Position numbers and translations under genes: made by a program
Origin: Candidatus Homeothermus arabinoxylanisolvens
GTDB lineage: Bacteria > Bacteroidota > Bacteroidia > Bacteroidales > Muribaculaceae
Assembly: GCA_001689405.1 (NCBI GenBank)
Contig: LUJO01000049.1
Span: 11,864 to 75,863 of the forward strand
DNA: 64,000 nt
Direction of reading: 5' to 3'
The notes under the pieces: model-generated
What the model was told of the DNA's origin: nothing
What the model saw: the letters and a program-made list of their open reading frames with translations, nothing else
The model's database searches: none
Shown: piece by piece, positions 34,904 to 43,175 of the stretch
How positions within the stretch are numbered: the first letter of the stretch is position 1
How the letters are laid out: each line of letters starts with the position of its first letter

Positions 34904-35686
34904 ATGAATATAAAACGATATATATCGGCACTTTTTACCGCCGCAGCAGTCGCTTTTGGCGCATCGGCACAGGGCGATACGACCCCCGGCCTTATATGGT
35001 CGACCCTGCATGCACTTGATTACGAGGTCTTTGCCGGAGTTAATATCGGCGGCGCCTCGCCTATGCCGCTCCCTGCCGAGATAAGGAGCATTGACAGCTA
35101 CAATCCCAATCTTAACCTGCAGCTCGGTGCCAAGGCCACAAAATGGCTCGGCAAGGATAAGAAGTGGGGTATAGGCGTGGGCATCATATTCGAGTCCAAA
35201 GGCATGAAGACGAAGGCCACGGTAAAGAATTACGGCATGGAGATAATTCAGGAGGGCAGCCGGCTGAAAGGCAACTGGACGGGACGTGTACAGACACGCT
35301 ACAGTTCCAGCCTGCTTACGCTGCCTATAACAGCCAATTATAAGATTAACAGCCGTCTTAAGGTCAGCGCAGGTCCGTACATAGGCATAGCGATGAACAA
35401 TAATTTCGACGGGTATGTCTATGAGGGATATCTGCGTGAGAATGACCCGACAGGCAATAAGGTGTCGTTTGAAGGCGATTCACGCGCCGCTTATGATTTC
35501 TCCGACGATATACGCACTTTCCAGTGGGGTGCGCAAGCCGGCATTTCATGGCTGGCCTTCCGTCATCTTTCAGTCAACGCCAATCTGACTTGGGGTTGCA
35601 ACGGCATATTCAAGTCCTCGTTCAAGACTATAACCTTCACAATGTATCCGATATACCTTAACTTGGGCTTCGGCTACGCTTTCTGA
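34904..35686 (+). CDS. Outer-membrane beta-barrel (porin-family) protein
   Basis: 260 aa with a signal peptide (AVAFGASAQ), beta-strand periodicity and a C-terminal ...GFGYAF. It starts 20 nt after the PCMD-like gene. Confidence 0.65.
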   Translation: MNIKRYISALFTAAAVAFGASAQGDTTPGLIWSTLHALDYEVFAGVNIGGASPMPLPAEIRSIDSYNPNLNLQLGAKATKWLGKDKKWGIGVGIIFESKGMKTKATVKNYGMEIIQEGSRLKGNWTGRVQTRYSSSLLTLPITANYKINSRLKVSAGPYIGIAMNNNFDGYVYEGYLRENDPTGNKVSFEGDSRAAYDFSDDIRTFQWGAQAGISWLAFRHLSVNANLTWGCNGIFKSSFKTITFTMYPIYLNLGFGYAF

Positions 35687-35691
35687 TCCGG

Positions 35692-36414
35692 CTACAACCT
35701 GCCTTCGTCGGCGTAAGAGAAGTAGCCCGACGGAGTGATGATAACATGATCGAGCACTCTTATGTCGAGCAGTGCTCCGGCGTCTTTGAGCTGGCGTGTG
35801 AGCCGGTCATCCTCCGGACTCGGACGCAGGTTGCCCGACGGATGATTGTGCAGAAGCACTATGGCCGATACCGTGTCGCCGAATTCAAGCACCTTGCGGT
35901 ACAGTATCTTGGGATCGACCACTGTGGCCGCGCTACCGCCGCGGCTTATGCATATGCTGTCAAGTACCTGATGTGAACGCGACAGCAGCATGATCCAGAA
36001 CTCTTCGTGGTCCAGCAGCTCCATGGAGCCGCGCATAAGGTCATAGACCGAATTGCTGCCGGTTATGCGTGGCTTTTCCTGTGGTATCTCGTCGCGGCAT
36101 CGCATACCCAGTTCGATAGCGGCCGCCAATGATATGGCCTTGGCCGGACCTATTCCGGGATTTTTCTTTATTATGTCGCGTATGGGCTTGCGGGCGAGTT
36201 CCGACAGGCGTCCGTTGTTGCGCGACAAGAGTTCGCGGCTCATTGTAAGCACCGATTTACCTTTCATGCCGTTGCCGAATATTATGGCTATCAGCTCGGC
36301 GTTGCTCAACGTTTTAATACCGTGGCGCATGGCTTTTTCTCTCGGACGGTCATCGGCCGCGAGGTCTTCGATAAGTACGTAGTCTCGTACTACCGGGGTG
36401 GAGTCGGTTTTCAT
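35692..36414 (-). CDS. radC: RadC-family JAMM-motif protein
   Basis: 240 aa with a helix-hairpin-helix-like N-terminus and the JAMM motif context LLHNHPSGNLRPSPEDDRLT. Confidence 0.9.
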   Translation of the reverse strand: MKTDSTPVVRDYVLIEDLAADDRPREKAMRHGIKTLSNAELIAIIFGNGMKGKSVLTMSRELLSRNNGRLSELARKPIRDIIKKNPGIGPAKAISLAAAIELGMRCRDEIPQEKPRITGSNSVYDLMRGSMELLDHEEFWIMLLSRSHQVLDSICISRGGSAATVVDPKILYRKVLEFGDTVSAIVLLHNHPSGNLRPSPEDDRLTRQLKDAGALLDIRVLDHVIITPSGYFSYADEGRL

Positions 36415-36465
36415 AAGGAAAGATTTTTAAGTTATATAAGTTGATGGTCAGGTGGCTGATAACTG

Positions 36466-37461
36466 TTATTTGCCTTTGCGCAATAGTATCTCCTCCTGTA
36501 CGTCGCGGCCACGCCGCATTATGATTTTGGTGACGTAAGCCTTTATGAAGCCGCAGCCGTAGCCGCCGAGCTGGATTATGCTCGCGGGTATCGACAGACA
36601 TGCTATCTTGACGCTTTTCGTAGCCGCGAGTGCGCATATCCATATGGCTATGAGATAGAGCGCGAGCGGCAGGAAAAACCACGGGCTTACCGCAATGCCG
36701 AGTACAATGAGCGCCACAGCCCCTATGACCGCCAGTGCAGGCAGCATGTGCACCACCTTCAGTGAGTCGGGGTAGAGCAGATACAGGGTTATGCGTGACA
36801 TGCCGAATACATACACCTGACGCAGGAACTTGCGGAAATCGACGCGCCGCTTGTGGTATACAAACGCCTCTCTGATGAGCCCTATCGTGAAACCCGCGTT
36901 CTTGATGCGGGTGCTCATGTCGATGTCCTCCGAGAACATCTCCCTGAAGCCCCCGACCTTATCATAGACTTTACGTGAAAATCCCATGTTGAACGTGCGC
37001 GGGGTAAACTTCTCGAGCTGTACCTTGCCGCCCCTTATGCCGCCTGTGGTAAGAAACGAGGTCATCGAGTAGTTGATGGCTTTCTGCGTGTCGGAAAATG
37101 ACGAGTGGGCGGCATCGGGACCACCGAAGCAGTCAAGCGGTTTTTCGGTCAGCACCTTGTCGAGACGTGCGAAATATTCTTCCGGAATCACACAGTCCGA
37201 GTCGAAAAACACGAAATAGTCGCCCGCGGCACGCTCCATACCGTAGTTGCGGGCTATCGACCGTCCTTCGTTGTCTTTGTAAAAATACTTTACGTCGACT
37301 TGGCCCTCATATTCCTTAACCTTGTCGGCGCACGGTATAGTTGAGCCGTCCTCGACTATTATTACCTCGAAGTTTTTGGTTGTCTGCGCCGAAAGGCTGC
37401 GTAGCAGGTCGTCGACTTCGTCTATGCGGTTATATACGGGTATTATTACGGAATACTTCAT
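36466..37461 (-). CDS. Glycosyltransferase family 2 with C-terminal TM helices
   Basis: 331 aa starting MKYSVIIPVYNR..., with DGS and DSD motifs and hydrophobic C-terminal helices. Confidence 0.85.
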   Translation of the reverse strand: MKYSVIIPVYNRIDEVDDLLRSLSAQTTKNFEVIIVEDGSTIPCADKVKEYEGQVDVKYFYKDNEGRSIARNYGMERAAGDYFVFFDSDCVIPEEYFARLDKVLTEKPLDCFGGPDAAHSSFSDTQKAINYSMTSFLTTGGIRGGKVQLEKFTPRTFNMGFSRKVYDKVGGFREMFSEDIDMSTRIKNAGFTIGLIREAFVYHKRRVDFRKFLRQVYVFGMSRITLYLLYPDSLKVVHMLPALAVIGAVALIVLGIAVSPWFFLPLALYLIAIWICALAATKSVKIACLSIPASIIQLGGYGCGFIKAYVTKIIMRRGRDVQEEILLRKGK

Positions 37462-38612
37462 CAGCTCATTCGTGATTTATAGTCGTTGTAGTCATACTGA
37501 CGCAGATAACGGCAGTCGCCGTTTGTGTCGCACAGCACTATCGCCGGGTGCTGGAGACCATTGAACATGGTGGTCTTTACCGTGGTGTAGTGGTTCATGT
37601 CCTTAAGGGTCAGCCGGTCGCCGGCTTTCAGCGGTGTCGCAAACGACCAGTCACCCACAAAGTCGCCGCTAAGACAGGAGTTGCCGCCGAGACGGTATTC
37701 CGGTGCAGAGTCATCTGACTCGATGCTCTCGGCTATTGCCGGCTTATAGGGCATCTCAAGGCAGTCGGGCATGTGGCATGCAAATGAAGCGTCTATTATG
37801 GCCGTCTTTATGCCTTGATTTTCAACTATATCTACCACCGACGTTATGAGGTCGCCGGTCTGCCATGTGAAGGCGCTGCCGGGCTCCATTATTACCTTAA
37901 GCCACGGATAACGGGCTTTGAAGCCGCGCAAAAGCTTTATAAGGTGTTCCACGTCGTAGTCGGCCCGGGTCATGAGGTGTCCGCCGCCCATATTGACCCA
38001 CTTGACCGATGGAAGGTAGCGACCGAATTGCTCTTCAAATGCCTGAAGTACACGTTCAAGGTCGTATGATGACGACTCGCACAGGGAGTGGAAGTGCAGC
38101 CCTTCAAGCCCTTCGGGCAGTGCGCCGCCTATCATATCGGCCGTCACTCCGAAGCGTGATCCGGGGAGTGCCGGATTGTATATGTCGGTCTCTATCACGG
38201 AGCACTGCGGATTGACGCGCAGTCCCGTAGATATTTTGTGATTGCCCTCGACGGCATTATGTCTGTCGACAAACGGTTTGAACCGTAGATATTGCGATAT
38301 CGAGTTGAATGTGATGTGGGTGCTTCCCTCCATGAACTGACCGATGGTGTCGTCGGTGTAGGCGGGGCAATAGGAGTGTACCTCCCCGCCGAGTTCTTCG
38401 TTGCCGAGTCTCATCTCGTTGAGCGAGCTTGCCGTGGAGTCGCGCACATATTCCTTTATTATAGGAAACGTTTTCCACAGCGCGTTGGCCTTGAATGCCA
38501 TGATTATGTTTACGCCGGCCTCTTTCTTTACTCGGTCTATGAGCTTGAGGTTACGGCGCAGTTTCTCTTCGTAGACGATGTAGAACGGGGTAGGGATGTC
38601 GTTTATCTTCAT
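37461..38612 (-). CDS. nspC: Carboxynorspermidine decarboxylase
   Basis: 383 aa with a PLP-dependent (alanine racemase-fold) decarboxylase pattern. The N-terminus TPFYIVYEEKLRRNL...IMAFKAN matches NspC as recalled. Confidence 0.75.
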   Translation of the reverse strand: MKINDIPTPFYIVYEEKLRRNLKLIDRVKKEAGVNIIMAFKANALWKTFPIIKEYVRDSTASSLNEMRLGNEELGGEVHSYCPAYTDDTIGQFMEGSTHITFNSISQYLRFKPFVDRHNAVEGNHKISTGLRVNPQCSVIETDIYNPALPGSRFGVTADMIGGALPEGLEGLHFHSLCESSSYDLERVLQAFEEQFGRYLPSVKWVNMGGGHLMTRADYDVEHLIKLLRGFKARYPWLKVIMEPGSAFTWQTGDLITSVVDIVENQGIKTAIIDASFACHMPDCLEMPYKPAIAESIESDDSAPEYRLGGNSCLSGDFVGDWSFATPLKAGDRLTLKDMNHYTTVKTTMFNGLQHPAIVLCDTNGDCRYLRQYDYNDYKSRMS

Positions 38613-40915
38613 TATCCGATGATTTTAAAACGTGCGAATTTTAATAACAGTTTCTTGGTGCCGAGAGTGTTGAACCTTACCTCTATGCGGGCGTCGCCCG
38701 TAGCGGTATCGATAGCGGTTATGACACCCCGGCCGAAACGGCTGTGCTCTATGGTCATGCCGGTCGACAGCTGTTCCATGGTGTGTAGGTCCTCGTCGCC
38801 ATATACCGGTGCAGGCTTGGGTGCCGGCGGAGTCGGGCCCTGTCGGTCGACCAGCGGATGGCTGAATGAACGCCGGTGTTCCTGTATGGTCGATGTCCTG
38901 TAGTTGTCGATGGGGTTTATGAAGCTGTCGGGTCTTACGATGTCGTTACCCGTGGCGAGGTGCAGGTAGGCGCGGTCAATGTCTTTCAGAAAGCGTGACG
39001 GCGAACATGTCTTGGTCTGTCCGTTGCGGAATCTTGACGACGCGTAGCTGATGACACAATTCAGTTTGGCTCGTGTTATGGCCACATACAGAAGCCGGCG
39101 CTCCTCCTCGATTGCGGCGAGCGAGTCGCATGACATGGCTGAGGGAAACAACTCTTCCTCTACGCCGACAATAAACACATTGTTGAATTCAAGTCCTTTT
39201 GCCGCATGCACTGTCATCAACGTGATCGAGGCTTCGGTCGTGTCCTGCGTGTCCTGATCGGTAGCGAGCGATACTTCGCCGAGGAAGTCGGTCAGCGATG
39301 TGCCGTCGGAGCCCTCTTCCATTTTACCCGATACGAACTCCTGTACTCCGGCCAGCAGCTCCTGAAGGTTTTCCTGCTTCGATATGCTTTCGGGCGTGCG
39401 GTCGCTCAGCAGCGAGCTAAGCAGGGCCGTGCGGGTTATTATATGCCGTGCTACAGTCTCCGCGTTTTCTCCGTTACGGTTCATCTCTATGAATTCTTGT
39501 ATCATGTCGCGAAACGCCGTGAGTTTTTTCAGGGTTCCTCCGTTCAGGCCGGTGTCGTACTTGTCGTTGTCGACGAGTACTCTCCACGCGCTTACATTGT
39601 TGTCGATAGCCGCGCGCAGTATCTTGTTTACGGTCGTCTCGCCTATGCCGCGTTTCGGATAATTGATGACACGCTTGAAGGCCTCGTCATCGTCGGGATT
39701 GACCGACAGGCGGAAGTATGCTATGGCGTCCTTTACCTCCTTGCGCTGGTAAAATGACAGGCCGCCGTATATGCGGTAAGGTATGTTTCGCTTGCGGAGC
39801 GACTCCTCAAGTATACGCGACTGCGCATTGGTGCGGTAGAGTACCGCATACTCGTCATAGCTGTCGTGCAGGCGCATCTTCAGCTGCGATATCCTGTTGG
39901 CCACAAGGTAGGCCTCCTCATAGTCGCTGAAGCTTTGCACCACCTCTATCCGCGAGCCCTCGTCATTTTTTGAAAATACGTTTTTAGGTATCTGCTCGGT
40001 GTTTTTTGCAATTAGCGAGTTGGCCGCGTTGATTATATTCTGGGTGGAGCGGTAGTTCTGTTCAAGTTTGAATATGCGCAGGTTGTCATACGACTTTTTT
40101 AGATTCAGTATGTTGCGTATGTTGGCCCCGCGAAACGAGTATATGCTTTGTGCGTCGTCGCCCACCACACACAGGTTGCGGGAGTCGCGGCATATCTGCG
40201 ATACGATAAGATGCTGCGCGAAATTGGTGTCCTGATACTCGTCGACCAGAACATAACGGAAAAACTCCTGATAGTGGCGGAGCACGTCGGGATTGTCGCG
40301 GAGCAATACATTGGTGTAATAAAGCAGGTCATCGAAGTCCATGGCTTCGGCCACGAAACAGCGGTCACGGTATATGCGGTATATCTCATGCAGCCGTTCG
40401 CGTTTTGCGCGGCGGTCGGCTTCCATGATGTCGGCGCTTATGGCATAGCGCTGAGGCGATATCAGTGCGTTTTTGGCCGACGATATAGCCGACATCACCA
40501 CCGAAGGCTTGTATATTTTATCGTCAAGCCCCATGTCCTTGATGATAGTCTTTATGAGCGACTTGGAGTCGGACGTGTCATAGATTGTGAAGTTGCTTTT
40601 GAAGCCCAAGCGGTCGGCGTTGCTGCGCAGCAACCGTGCGAAGATGGAGTGGAACGTGCCCATCCACAGCTTCGAGGCCGTTGCCGGGCCAACCATACTT
40701 TCTATGCGCTCACGCATTTCGCGGGCCGCCTTGTTGGTGAATGTCAGTGCGAGTATGCGCCACGGTTCATATCCGAGCCGCAGCAGATGCACTATCTTGT
40801 ATGTAAGCACACGTGTCTTACCCGAGCCGGCTCCGGCTATCACGAGCTGCGGGCCGTCGGTGTAAAGCACAGCGTCTTGTTGTTGCTTGTTGAGTTGTTG
40901 TATATAGTCTTCCAT
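38612..40915 (-). CDS. UvrD/PcrA/Rep-type superfamily 1 DNA helicase
   Basis: 767 aa with LNKQQQDAV, Walker A AGAGSGKT, DEYQDTN and helicase motifs through VHAAKGLEF. It has a C-terminal Tudor-like tail. Confidence 0.9.
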   Translation of the reverse strand: MEDYIQQLNKQQQDAVLYTDGPQLVIAGAGSGKTRVLTYKIVHLLRLGYEPWRILALTFTNKAAREMRERIESMVGPATASKLWMGTFHSIFARLLRSNADRLGFKSNFTIYDTSDSKSLIKTIIKDMGLDDKIYKPSVVMSAISSAKNALISPQRYAISADIMEADRRAKRERLHEIYRIYRDRCFVAEAMDFDDLLYYTNVLLRDNPDVLRHYQEFFRYVLVDEYQDTNFAQHLIVSQICRDSRNLCVVGDDAQSIYSFRGANIRNILNLKKSYDNLRIFKLEQNYRSTQNIINAANSLIAKNTEQIPKNVFSKNDEGSRIEVVQSFSDYEEAYLVANRISQLKMRLHDSYDEYAVLYRTNAQSRILEESLRKRNIPYRIYGGLSFYQRKEVKDAIAYFRLSVNPDDDEAFKRVINYPKRGIGETTVNKILRAAIDNNVSAWRVLVDNDKYDTGLNGGTLKKLTAFRDMIQEFIEMNRNGENAETVARHIITRTALLSSLLSDRTPESISKQENLQELLAGVQEFVSGKMEEGSDGTSLTDFLGEVSLATDQDTQDTTEASITLMTVHAAKGLEFNNVFIVGVEEELFPSAMSCDSLAAIEEERRLLYVAITRAKLNCVISYASSRFRNGQTKTCSPSRFLKDIDRAYLHLATGNDIVRPDSFINPIDNYRTSTIQEHRRSFSHPLVDRQGPTPPAPKPAPVYGDEDLHTMEQLSTGMTIEHSRFGRGVITAIDTATGDARIEVRFNTLGTKKLLLKFARFKIIG

Positions 40916-40987
40916 ATATCAGTGCAAAAATAATGATTTTTATTGACATCGGCCGAATGTTGATTTGGCAATATCGGAGGTAAGCAT

Positions 40988-40995
40988 TAAATTTG
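40988..40995 (+). promoter_or_regulatory. Candidate -7 promoter box for the radical SAM pair
   Basis: TAAATTTG matches TAnnTTTG, 31 nt upstream of the ATG at 41026. Confidence 0.45.
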
Positions 40996-41025
40996 TATCT
41001 ATGTTTGCTCTCTTAATCTCGGGCT

Positions 41026-42297
41026 ATGACTGAAGCTACACTCAATAAACTGAAAATACTGGCAGAAGCCGCCAAATATGACGTGTCGTGCTCGTCAAGC
41101 GGCACCGTGCGCCGCGGACGCAAGGGCGACGGTGTAGGCAACACCGTGGGCGGAGTGGGCATATGCCATAGCTTTGCCGATGACGGCCGCTGTATATCGT
41201 TGCTTAAAGTCATGCTCACAAACGTGTGCATGTATGACTGCGCCTATTGCATAAACCGCCGTAGCAATGATGTGCCGAGAGCTACGCTTTCGGTTTCGGA
41301 ACTGGTGGAGCTTACAATGGAGTTTTACCGGCGAAACTATATCGAGGGGCTCTTTCTCAGTTCCGGCGTGGTGAGGAACCCCGATTATACTATGGAGCGA
41401 CTGGTGAAAGTGGCTCAGGACCTGCGTACCGTACATCGGTTTAACGGATACATACATCTGAAAAGCATACCCGGAGCTTCGCGCGAGCTTGTGAACCGGG
41501 CCGGACTGTATGCCGACCGCATGAGCGTGAATATAGAGATACCGAATGAGAGCTCCTTGAAGTACCTTGCTCCGGAGAAAGACTTCAGGAGCGTTTATGA
41601 GCCTATGGGATTCATACGTCAGGGAGTGCTTGAGAACAAAGAGGACCGGCGTAAATTTCGCAGTGCCCCGCGTTTTGTCCCGGCAGGCCAGAGCACACAG
41701 ATGATAGTCGGTGCGTCGCCGGAGCATGACCGCGACATATTGCGCCTGTCGTCGGCCTTTTATGCCATGCCCACCATGAGGCGTGTATATTACTCCGGAT
41801 ATGTCCCCGTCAATACTTATGATGCCCGGCTGCCTATGCTCAAGCAGCCTCCTCTGGTAAGGGAAAATCGTCTGTATCAGGCCGACTGGCTCATGCGCTT
41901 TTACAAGTTTACGGCCGATGAGATTGTTGATGACTCGCATCCCGACCTTGAGCTTGAGATCGATCCCAAACTGTCATGGGCGCTGCGGCACCCGGAGTTT
42001 TTCCCCGTTGATGTGAACCGGGCCGATTATGAGTCGATACTGCGTATTCCCGGAGTCGGGGTCAAGTCGGCCACTCTTATTGTCAATGCACGACGTTTCC
42101 GCCGCTTGAATTCGGAGCATCTCCGCAAGATAGGCGTGGTCATGAAGCGCGCCCGTTACTTCATAACTTGCGGTGAGCTTGAGGCGCCGTGCGTGGCTGA
42201 TGTGTCGCCCGATTATGTGCGTCGTAAACTTACCTGCGCGTCAGGCAAGGCGTCAGACGTGAATCCGTTGCAGCTAACCCTTGATTTTGGCTCGTGA
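41026..42297 (+). CDS. Putative DNA modification/repair radical SAM protein (TIGR03916-like)
   Basis: 423 aa with the N-terminal LKILAEAAKYDVSC and the radical SAM cluster motif CMYDCAYC. It has a C-terminal helix-hairpin-helix-like region (ILRIPGVGVKSA). Confidence 0.8.
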   Translation: MTEATLNKLKILAEAAKYDVSCSSSGTVRRGRKGDGVGNTVGGVGICHSFADDGRCISLLKVMLTNVCMYDCAYCINRRSNDVPRATLSVSELVELTMEFYRRNYIEGLFLSSGVVRNPDYTMERLVKVAQDLRTVHRFNGYIHLKSIPGASRELVNRAGLYADRMSVNIEIPNESSLKYLAPEKDFRSVYEPMGFIRQGVLENKEDRRKFRSAPRFVPAGQSTQMIVGASPEHDRDILRLSSAFYAMPTMRRVYYSGYVPVNTYDARLPMLKQPPLVRENRLYQADWLMRFYKFTADEIVDDSHPDLELEIDPKLSWALRHPEFFPVDVNRADYESILRIPGVGVKSATLIVNARRFRRLNSEHLRKIGVVMKRARYFITCGELEAPCVADVSPDYVRRKLTCASGKASDVNPLQLTLDFGS

Positions 42298-43064
42298 TGT
42301 TGGTGTTCGTGTTTGACGGTACTTTTGAAGGGCTTCTTACGGCTGTGTTCGATGCTTATTCACGCAAGTCTTTTCCTGAAGCCCTTGTCAGGGAGGGTGG
42401 GGTGCTGCCCATGTTTTGTGACGGGTGTCATGAGGTCGTTACCGATGCAGAGAAGAGCGACCGCGTATGGCGAGGCCTCGGACGGAAATTGTCGGCAGCC
42501 GCGTTGTCGGCGGTGGCTACGAGCTTCCTTTGTGAACTTCCCGACTATGACATAATTCTGTTCCGCTATATATGCCGTGCCGTAAATTCGCCTGTCAGCA
42601 TAGAGACCGATTTTTCCGATCCCGATGTGGTGGAGGTCACCCGTATGGTAAGGCGCGTGCGTTACGAGGCTATGAGGGTGAAGCAGTTTCTGCGGTTTCA
42701 GAAAGCGGCCGACGGCACATACCTTGCGCTTATGGAGCCACTGTACAATGTCTTGTCGATGGCTGTCGGGCATTTTGTCGACCGTTTTTCAACCATGACG
42801 TTTGTTATTTACGACAAGCGCCGCTCGTACGGATATTATTATGACGGACACGAGGTACGTTATGTGACCATGCCCGATACCTTGCCCCATATTGCCACCG
42901 GGCGTCTTGACGAGTCCATGATGGATGCCGATGAGAAGTTGTTTCAGGACATGTGGCGCACATACTTCAAGGCCATTGCTATAAAAGAGCGTATAAATCC
43001 GCGTAAGCAGCGTCAGGACATGCCTGTCAGGTTTTGGAAATACCTTACGGAGAAAAATGGTTAA
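42294..43064 (+). CDS. Partner protein of the DNA-repair radical SAM enzyme (TIGR03915/DUF4130-like)
   Basis: 256 aa whose start overlaps the radical SAM stop by 4 nt (ATGA). The call rests on conserved pairing and sequence style (FDGTFEGLLTAVFDAY...). Confidence 0.65.
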   Translation: MMLVFVFDGTFEGLLTAVFDAYSRKSFPEALVREGGVLPMFCDGCHEVVTDAEKSDRVWRGLGRKLSAAALSAVATSFLCELPDYDIILFRYICRAVNSPVSIETDFSDPDVVEVTRMVRRVRYEAMRVKQFLRFQKAADGTYLALMEPLYNVLSMAVGHFVDRFSTMTFVIYDKRRSYGYYYDGHEVRYVTMPDTLPHIATGRLDESMMDADEKLFQDMWRTYFKAIAIKERINPRKQRQDMPVRFWKYLTEKNG

Positions 43065-43080
43065 ATAATGTTATTATTTA
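43062..43080. promoter_or_regulatory. AT-rich 8-3-8 perfect palindrome, possible metalloregulator (Fur-like) operator upstream of feoAB
   Basis: TAAATAAT gtt ATTATTTA, about 95 nt upstream of the feoAB start. Confidence 0.3.
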
Positions 43081-43175
43081 TACCGGTTATAAACTAATAG
43101 GCCCGTTTTCTCGGTTTGAGTTGATAAATTCACGATATTTGCAGCGTGATAACCGAAATTTATTCTATTTAATAT

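Noticed and set aside
41095-41940. 281-aa antisense ORF inside the radical SAM gene, with similar long antisense ORFs at 40148-40933, 14811-15548 and 8591-9163
   Set aside because: All are embedded opposite genes with clear family signatures, have low-complexity Arg/His-rich translations, and lack start context.
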